From positions 282,860 to 346,859 of the forward strand of contig JAQUPP010000001.1 of assembly GCA_028716665.1 (NCBI GenBank): a stretch of DNA of 64,000 bases. Direction: 5' to 3'. Positions within the stretch are counted from its first letter, which is position 1. Every line of letters starts with the position of its first letter. The stretch comes from Patescibacteria group bacterium (GTDB taxonomy: Bacteria > Patescibacteriota > Patescibacteriia > UBA2591 > JAQUPP01). Made by a program: the position numbers and the translations under genes. The notes below the pieces were generated by a model that was not told the DNA's origin, made no database searches, and saw nothing but the letters and a program-made list of their open reading frames with translations. Below are positions 57,501-64,000 of this stretch, in pieces.

Positions 57501-57977
57501 ATGAAAAAAAGCGGATTTGGTTTTTTGAAAGTATTCATTGTTATTATTATTATAATCGGTTTAACTGTTGTTATTGTTAAAGCGATTATTGGCGGAGAAA
57601 TGGGGCTTAGAGATGCGGAACGCCTTTCCGATATTAGACGACTCAGAAATGCTTTACAACTTTATTATTTAGATCAAGGAATATATCCAATTAATAATAT
57701 TCCGCAAGGTTTAGGTGGAAAATGTTTAGACAATAGTCCGCAAGGTTTTAATGAATCTTGCGGACAAGTTGTTTATATGGAAATAGTTCCAACTGCTCCA
57801 TTTCCAAGAACAGAGGGAGTATGCGGCCAAGAAAATAATTCTTACGATCAAGACTATACTTATTTTGCCAAATTCGATGGCTCAAGTTACGCAATCAGAT
57901 ATTGTTTGGCAAAGAAAGTGGCTAATATGAAAGCCGGTTTGCACTGGGCAACTTCCAAAAATATCGCTGATCCGTAA
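57501..57977 (+). CDS. pilin-like paralog with degenerate signal
   Basis: G|FGFLK (no E5), RDAERLSDI..L..ALQLYY, Cys pattern like the preceding pilin. Confidence 0.8.
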   Translation: MKKSGFGFLKVFIVIIIIIGLTVVIVKAIIGGEMGLRDAERLSDIRRLRNALQLYYLDQGIYPINNIPQGLGGKCLDNSPQGFNESCGQVVYMEIVPTAPFPRTEGVCGQENNSYDQDYTYFAKFDGSSYAIRYCLAKKVANMKAGLHWATSKNIADP

Positions 57978-57999
57978 TTGTCCGTTAATTTGCGCGAAT

Positions 58000-59394
58000 A
58001 TGGTTATTAATTTCAAGAATTTATCAAAGACGTTAGATAAAATTATAGAAGCCGGCTGGCTTCTAATTTTTGGTTTAAGCCCGATATTTTTTTGTCCTTG
58101 GGTTTACGGCACTTGGCAAGTCGGAGAATATTTTTTATTTCAAGTTTTAACGGAAATTATTTTATTTGTCTGGCTGATAAGAATCATTATTCAGCCCAAG
58201 TCTGATTTGCCTTGGATGGAAATATATAAGAAATACTGGCAAAAAATTAAATTTATTTTGCCGGCGATTATTTTTATCATTATTCTCGGTCTGGCGACAA
58301 TTTTTTCCAGATCTCCTTACCATAGTTTTTGGGGTTATTATCAACGTAAAATGGGGTATATCAGCTGGCTTCATTTTTTTGCTTTTTTTTCGATTTTATT
58401 TTTTAATCTTAAAAATAAAAAACAGATCGACAGAATTTTTTATGTCATTATTGGCGCTCTAACCGCCGTGGTTATTTACGGTTTTTTGCAAATTTTGGGA
58501 TTTGATCCGTTTTATTGGAGTGAGTCGCCATTTTTCAGTTACAGAATTTTTTCCACATTAGGACAACCCAATTTTTTAGCTTCTTGGCTTTTATTGGTGA
58601 TGCCGATAATTTTTTGGGCATTATTGAAAGCCAAAGAACATTTATCAAACAATAATCTTTTTGATAGAATTTTTAAAAGACCCCTGATTGCTTGTTTGCT
58701 ATTCGGATCTGTTATTATTTTAGTTTTAACTCAAAGTCGCGGAGGATGGATTGGTTTTTTTATTGCTTTTTTCTTTTTCAGTATTATTTGGGCTTATTTT
58801 CAAAAACAAAAACGTTTATCATTGATTTTATTGATTTTATTGGCAGTAATTATTTTATTTGTTATTTATTTGAATTTTAATCCCGTCACTCCGCGAGAGA
58901 GCGATTCTTTTTTAATCTCTCGTTTGAAAACTCTGACTAATTTTTCCGAGACCGGCCAGCTTAGGTTAATTTGGTGGAAAATAAGTTTGGGTCTGATCGA
59001 GAAAGCGCCGATTTTAGGATATGGACCGGAAATTCAAAGATTTCTTTTTATTCCTTATTATCAGCCTGATTTTGCGGTTTTGGAAGCGATTAACAGTTAT
59101 CCGGATCGGGCGCATAATGACATTTTGGACACGCTTTTAATCTCAGGTTTTTTGGGCTTAATCAGTTATTTGTTCTTGATTGGCAGCGCTTTTTATTTTG
59201 GGTTAAGAAAAATAAATCAATTAATCAAACAACCGGTTAACCGGGCCGCCATATTAGTTCTGCTTACGGGCCTAATCGGTTATTTTGTTTCTTTGCAGTT
59301 TTCTTTCCATGTCATTCCAACGGCTGTTTATTTTTGGGGTTACCTGGCGATTGTATTGAAATCGTATTTATTAACGGAAGAAAAAGATGAATAA
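58000..59394 (+). CDS. O-antigen ligase / O-oligosaccharyltransferase (Wzy_C) family
   Basis: STLGQPNF, TQSRGG, R..WW, PILGYG, RAHND. Confidence 0.88.
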   Translation: MVINFKNLSKTLDKIIEAGWLLIFGLSPIFFCPWVYGTWQVGEYFLFQVLTEIILFVWLIRIIIQPKSDLPWMEIYKKYWQKIKFILPAIIFIIILGLATIFSRSPYHSFWGYYQRKMGYISWLHFFAFFSILFFNLKNKKQIDRIFYVIIGALTAVVIYGFLQILGFDPFYWSESPFFSYRIFSTLGQPNFLASWLLLVMPIIFWALLKAKEHLSNNNLFDRIFKRPLIACLLFGSVIILVLTQSRGGWIGFFIAFFFFSIIWAYFQKQKRLSLILLILLAVIILFVIYLNFNPVTPRESDSFLISRLKTLTNFSETGQLRLIWWKISLGLIEKAPILGYGPEIQRFLFIPYYQPDFAVLEAINSYPDRAHNDILDTLLISGFLGLISYLFLIGSAFYFGLRKINQLIKQPVNRAAILVLLTGLIGYFVSLQFSFHVIPTAVYFWGYLAIVLKSYLLTEEKDE

Positions 59395-59396
59395 CT

Positions 59397-60338
59397 ATGA
59401 GAATTAATAAAATTATTTTAATAGCAGTAATAATTATTTTATTCGGCTCAAGCCTGTGGTTTTTTAATGTTAAAATTTTACTGGCTGATCATTATTTAAA
59501 AGAAGCAATTGCTTATCGTAAGGGGAACAGCTGGCCGGTTTCTTTATTAAATTATGAGAAAGTTTTATTATATCAACCCAAAGAACCGTATTATCAGCAA
59601 TTTTGGGCAATGAATTTATTAAGCGGGTTGGATTTTTATAAAAGCACTGATTCAAAAATTAAAATTCTCGACTTGGCCATTGACCAGATGAAAAAAATTC
59701 CTGAGAGAGACCAGGTTTTTGAGGTTAAAACGTATTTGGCCAGAATATATGGTCAAAAAGCGAAATTAACTAAGAATCAAAATGATTTTTTATTGGCCGA
59801 AAATACCCTTGAACAAGCGGCGGAAATGTCGCCCAAAATGGCGGCAATTTACAATGATTGGTGCCAGGTAAAAATTTATCAGGAAAATTGGTCTCAAGCT
59901 TTGAAAATGTGCGAAAAATCACTTTCTTTATATCCTGATTTGAATAATCCTCAAATGAATGATCTTCATCGCGAGATGGTGAAGTCTGAATTATCCACTC
60001 TCTATGATAAATTCGGCCAAATTTATTTTAATTTAAAAGATTATAAAAAATCAGAAGAAGCGTATAGTCAGGTTCTAGAACTTATGCCTTTGGGTCGGAT
60101 TGATGTTTGGAAAAAGATCGCCGACATTTATTATATTCGAGGCGATTTGGATACGGCTATTCAAAAAAATATGCACGGTTATGATTTAAATCTTGAAGAT
60201 CCGACATGGCCATTGGCGATCGGTGTGCTTTATAAAGAAAAAGGTAATTTAGAAATGGCTCGCAAATATGGACAAGAAGCTTTGAAATTAGTGCCGGAAG
60301 ATCCTCAAATTAAAGAATTTTTAGAAAAATTAAAATAA
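59397..60338 (+). CDS. membrane-anchored TPR protein
   Basis: TM followed by TPR-like helical repeats. Confidence 0.8.
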   Translation: MRINKIILIAVIIILFGSSLWFFNVKILLADHYLKEAIAYRKGNSWPVSLLNYEKVLLYQPKEPYYQQFWAMNLLSGLDFYKSTDSKIKILDLAIDQMKKIPERDQVFEVKTYLARIYGQKAKLTKNQNDFLLAENTLEQAAEMSPKMAAIYNDWCQVKIYQENWSQALKMCEKSLSLYPDLNNPQMNDLHREMVKSELSTLYDKFGQIYFNLKDYKKSEEAYSQVLELMPLGRIDVWKKIADIYYIRGDLDTAIQKNMHGYDLNLEDPTWPLAIGVLYKEKGNLEMARKYGQEALKLVPEDPQIKEFLEKLK

Positions 60339-60355
60339 GTATAAATTATTAAATA

Positions 60356-61288
60356 ATGTTTATGAATTTATTTGGAATTAAAAAAAAGATTAAAAATATA
60401 CTCCCGGAAAATTGTTTTCGTCAATTTAAATATTTCTATCGCAGATATGTTGTTCGGCGGAAAAGCGCGGTTTTTTATCTTTCTTATCAATGTAATTACA
60501 AATGTCCTTACTGTATTATCAGTCGCGCCGGCTATTCGGATATATATCCGAAGAAATGTGAACATTCTTGGAGCGAGTGGGTGGATATTTTTAAAAAATT
60601 GCCGCCATTGATTATTAGTTTGAGCGGCGGAGAGCCATTTCTTAATCTGGGCATCATTGATTTGATCAATAATTTACCCTCCAAACATATTGTCAATATT
60701 ACCACCAATTTATCTCTGCCGGTTGATGAATTTATTAATAGGGTTTCTAGAAAAATACAGATAACGGCAAGTCTTCATCTTTATGAAGCAGACGTGGAAA
60801 TTTTTAAAGAGAGGGTATTGAAATTAAAAAAAGCGAATTTTAGCGTATTCATTAATTTTGTCGGTTATCCTCAAAAGATTTCTCTCATACCGGAATTAAA
60901 ATTATTTTTTGAAAAACACGGAGTCCATTTTAATGTTGATCCGTATATTGACCCCGCTTATAAATATTCATCTCAAGAAATTGAATTAATAAAGAAATAT
61001 GCTAAAAAATTTCGCAAAATGGGTTTTAAAGATAATACGGGTCCTCAAAAATGTTATGCCGGTTCAATGCATTTTATAATTTTGCCCAACGGTGATTGTT
61101 ACGCTTGTCAATCCGGATTTTATTACAATACGTCAAAATTATATAAACATTTTGACGTCAGCAAGGATTTTTGTTTAGGCAATCTTTTTTCGGGTACATT
61201 CAAATTTTGGAACAAACCCGTCATTTGCTCTTTGCCTTGCAATGAAGCCTGCGACATAGAATCTGCTTTTGTTCGCCGTTTGAATTAG
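60356..61288 (+). CDS. radical SAM protein with SPASM/twitch-like C-terminus
   Basis: CNYKCPYC, SGGEPF, C-terminal CYAG...GDCYAC...C..PC...C. Confidence 0.85.
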   Translation: MFMNLFGIKKKIKNILPENCFRQFKYFYRRYVVRRKSAVFYLSYQCNYKCPYCIISRAGYSDIYPKKCEHSWSEWVDIFKKLPPLIISLSGGEPFLNLGIIDLINNLPSKHIVNITTNLSLPVDEFINRVSRKIQITASLHLYEADVEIFKERVLKLKKANFSVFINFVGYPQKISLIPELKLFFEKHGVHFNVDPYIDPAYKYSSQEIELIKKYAKKFRKMGFKDNTGPQKCYAGSMHFIILPNGDCYACQSGFYYNTSKLYKHFDVSKDFCLGNLFSGTFKFWNKPVICSLPCNEACDIESAFVRRLN

Positions 61289-61314
61289 TTAATTTTTATT
61301 TTTTCGAAAAAACA

Positions 61315-62766
61315 ATGGCTAAAATAATACTTATTGATCCCCAAGGTTGGCAGGGAGCGGTCAATAAACAAATAGCATATCCTAATATAGGAATTGCTTA
61401 TCTTGCTTCGGCGTTGCAAAAAAACGGTCATAATCCGTCAATTATTGATTTAAATAATAAAGATCTTGATTATCAACAGGTATTTAAGATTATAGAAGAC
61501 GGAGCGGCTGATCTTGTCGGATTCTCGGTAAAAACAGCCACCATGAAAAACGCAGAATTATTGGCCAAAGAAATAAAAAAGAAATGGCCGAAATTGCCTT
61601 TAATGGTCGGCGGTTCTCACGCAACCTTGTGTTGGCAAGAATTAATACAAAAAGATATTTTTGATATAGTTTTTGTCGGCGAAGGAGAACAAGTAATTCC
61701 GGTTGTCTGTCAATATTTGGACGAACAAAAACCAATTGAAGATTTGCCAGGAGTGATTACGAAAAAAAATTTTCAAAATAAATTAAATTCAGTTCCGCCT
61801 CTGATTGAAAATTTAGATGAACTTGCTTTTCCGGACTACGATTTTTTTCCAAAAAATATCCAAGAATTTATTCGTTCTGCTTATCCGTTATTAACCAGTC
61901 GGGGATGTGTCTACAATTGTATCTATTGCAGTGTCCCCTTAATCAGCGGAAGAATTTTCAGGAAAAGATCGCCCCAAAACGTTATTGAAGAGTTAAAATG
62001 GGCGATTGATAAATATAATATTAAAGGATTTGAGATTATTGATGATAATTTTAATTTTGACGTTGACCGAACTAAAGAAATTTGCCGGTTATTGATTCAA
62101 AACGATTTTAAATTTAAATGGTCTTGCCCAAATGGCGTGAGAGCGGATCGCGTTGATAAAGAATTGGCCGATCTGATGTTTAAATCAGGTTGTTACAGCG
62201 TTAATGTCGGCATAGAGAGCGGCGACCCAAAGGTTTTTACTAATATTAAAAAAGGAGAAACTTTAGATCAGATTAAAAAGGGAATTGAAATTTTCAAACA
62301 AGCCGGTTTACTTGTTACGGGATTTTTTATAATCGGCTTACCTGACGATTCAATCGAGTCTCAGAAAAAATCCATAGATTTTGCCCACCAACTCGGCATA
62401 GATGCTTTTTTCAGCATGTTGGTTCCTTATCCCAAAACAGAAGTTTGGAATTGGGCGCATAGAAATAATTTTTTTATCGGCAATCCGCAAGACGCGCTTC
62501 ATTTTGCCGACAGTAAAGATAAAGTCAATATTATTTTTGAAACAAAAGATTTTTCCAAAGAAGACAAAGCATTGGTTTATGAAATGGTAAATACCAAATT
62601 CGGACGCTTTGGCGTGTTGATTCCCAAAAACACGCCTTTTCTGCAATATTTAAAACAAGCCTGTTTATTGACTTGGAAATACAACAGATTGAATTTAAGA
62701 GATCAATATTTTTTATTTAAAAATATAATCAACAAATTAAGGCGTAAATTTAAAATTCATTTTTAG
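61315..62766 (+). CDS. B12-binding radical SAM protein (class B methyltransferase-like)
   Basis: GIAYLA, VGGSH, GEGE, TSRGCVYNCIYC, GIESG. Confidence 0.9.
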   Translation: MAKIILIDPQGWQGAVNKQIAYPNIGIAYLASALQKNGHNPSIIDLNNKDLDYQQVFKIIEDGAADLVGFSVKTATMKNAELLAKEIKKKWPKLPLMVGGSHATLCWQELIQKDIFDIVFVGEGEQVIPVVCQYLDEQKPIEDLPGVITKKNFQNKLNSVPPLIENLDELAFPDYDFFPKNIQEFIRSAYPLLTSRGCVYNCIYCSVPLISGRIFRKRSPQNVIEELKWAIDKYNIKGFEIIDDNFNFDVDRTKEICRLLIQNDFKFKWSCPNGVRADRVDKELADLMFKSGCYSVNVGIESGDPKVFTNIKKGETLDQIKKGIEIFKQAGLLVTGFFIIGLPDDSIESQKKSIDFAHQLGIDAFFSMLVPYPKTEVWNWAHRNNFFIGNPQDALHFADSKDKVNIIFETKDFSKEDKALVYEMVNTKFGRFGVLIPKNTPFLQYLKQACLLTWKYNRLNLRDQYFLFKNIINKLRRKFKIHF

Positions 62767-62824
62767 CATGTTATGACTCCGATAATGCCGTAAATTGCTC
62801 ACAAATTTTAATTATTTATTGATT

Positions 62825-63919
62825 ATGAAAATTGCCATTGATGCCCGACCGTTAACGGCAGGGGAACCGGTCGGCAAAGAAAAATTTACTATTAATGTTT
62901 TGGAGGAGTTATTTAGATTGGATAAATCTAACCAATATATTCTTTATTTAAATCAAGAATATAAGAAGCCCTTGCCGACTAATTTTTCTCCGCGAATAAT
63001 TAAAGTGCCGGATATTTTTTGGCACTTTTTTGTGTTAATTGATTTAATTTTTAAAAAGCCGAATTTATTTTTCGCGCCAATAAGCTATATTATTCCCGCT
63101 CTGAATTTCTTCGGCAAAAATATTATCGTTATTTATGATTTGTGCGTTTTTTTGCCGTTTCAGACCGGTTCGAGTTTTAAAACTAAGTTTATTGAAAAAA
63201 TGTTTTTGCGGTTTGCTATGCGAAATGCAAAAAAAATTATAACTATTTCAGAGAGCACAAAAAAAGATATTATAAAATATTTTCCGATTGCGCCGGAAAA
63301 TATATCGGTGATTTATCCGGCCGTTGCCGATAGTTTCAGGTTTATCGATGACCGTCAAAAACGTAAATCTGTCTTGGATAAATTCAGTTTGCCGGAAAAA
63401 TTTATCCTTTTTGTCGGAACATTGGAGCCGAGAAAAAATTTAGTAAGATTAATTTCAGCTTATCATAAATTGACAGATGGTTGCCCGTTGGTGATTGTCG
63501 GCAAAAAGGGATGGGATTATCAAGAGATATTTGACAAAATCAAAGAGCTGAATTTGGGGGAGAAGGTTATTTTCTTAAATTATGTTTCCAATGAAGATTT
63601 GCCATATCTATATAATGGCGCCGTTTGCTTCGTCTATCCCTCGCTTTATGAGGGTTTTGGGCTGCCGATTTTAGAAGCAATGGCTTGCGGAACACCCACT
63701 GTCACCTCGAATATATCATCCTTGCCTGAAGCAGCCGGTGAAGCGGCAATTTTGGTTGATCCTTGCAATATAGACGATATAACAAGGGATTTGAGTAAAA
63801 TTTTGACTGATGAAAATTTGCGTCAAGATTTACGAGAAAAAGGCCTTAAACAAGCTCAAAAATTTTCTTGGCAAAAAACTGCTCAAGAAGTTTTGAAAGC
63901 ACTTCAAGATATTAAATAA
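62825..63919 (+). CDS. GT4 glycosyltransferase
   Basis: VGTLEPRKN, PSLYEGFGLPILEAMACG. Confidence 0.93.
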   Translation: MKIAIDARPLTAGEPVGKEKFTINVLEELFRLDKSNQYILYLNQEYKKPLPTNFSPRIIKVPDIFWHFFVLIDLIFKKPNLFFAPISYIIPALNFFGKNIIVIYDLCVFLPFQTGSSFKTKFIEKMFLRFAMRNAKKIITISESTKKDIIKYFPIAPENISVIYPAVADSFRFIDDRQKRKSVLDKFSLPEKFILFVGTLEPRKNLVRLISAYHKLTDGCPLVIVGKKGWDYQEIFDKIKELNLGEKVIFLNYVSNEDLPYLYNGAVCFVYPSLYEGFGLPILEAMACGTPTVTSNISSLPEAAGEAAILVDPCNIDDITRDLSKILTDENLRQDLREKGLKQAQKFSWQKTAQEVLKALQDIK

Positions 63920-64000
63920 TCCCTTTATTTTTGGTAAAAACATTACGGATTTTTAGGGTCAACCCTAATGCGTCTCATCCGTTGGCTGTATAAAATTTTT

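Noticed and set aside
1-64000. Alternative genetic code (TGA=Gly or TAG readthrough)
   Set aside because: Conserved genes are intact in code 11, TGA and TAG terminate genes normally, and RF2 is present.

Overview
AT-rich chromosomal segment that looks like a Patescibacteria/CPR (Parcubacteria-like) bacterium (inferred from gene content). It uses the standard code (TGA stops, prfB and tRNA-Trp(CCA) present). Core genes: dnaB, recR, femX-like, dacA-like, tpiA, four tRNAs, rpmG, pyrH, dnaJ, rsmI, metG, nrdD/nrdG, htrA, frameshifted prfB, glmS, split comEC, pth, der and an LCP protein. These surround a large surface-structure region with glycosyltransferases, pilD, four minor pilins, three giant signal-peptide fibre-like proteins built from GNVGIGTTxP-delimited modules, paralogous cupredoxins, a major pilin and a probable pilin glycosylation locus. 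The most striking unexplained layer is a set of tiny transposase-free mobile-looking units. (i) Three four-helix-bundle (IVS/bAvd-like) genes are each bracketed by inverted heptamer arrays; one is fused in frame into a prepilin leader, and gene-less derivatives sit inside host genes. (ii) A lone GIY-YIG gene is bounded by 20-bp inverted repeats and a TATG direct repeat at a start codon. (iii) Several families of short palindromes are inserted in frame in proteins and into tRNA-derived sequence. All calls come from manual reading; no database searches were run.
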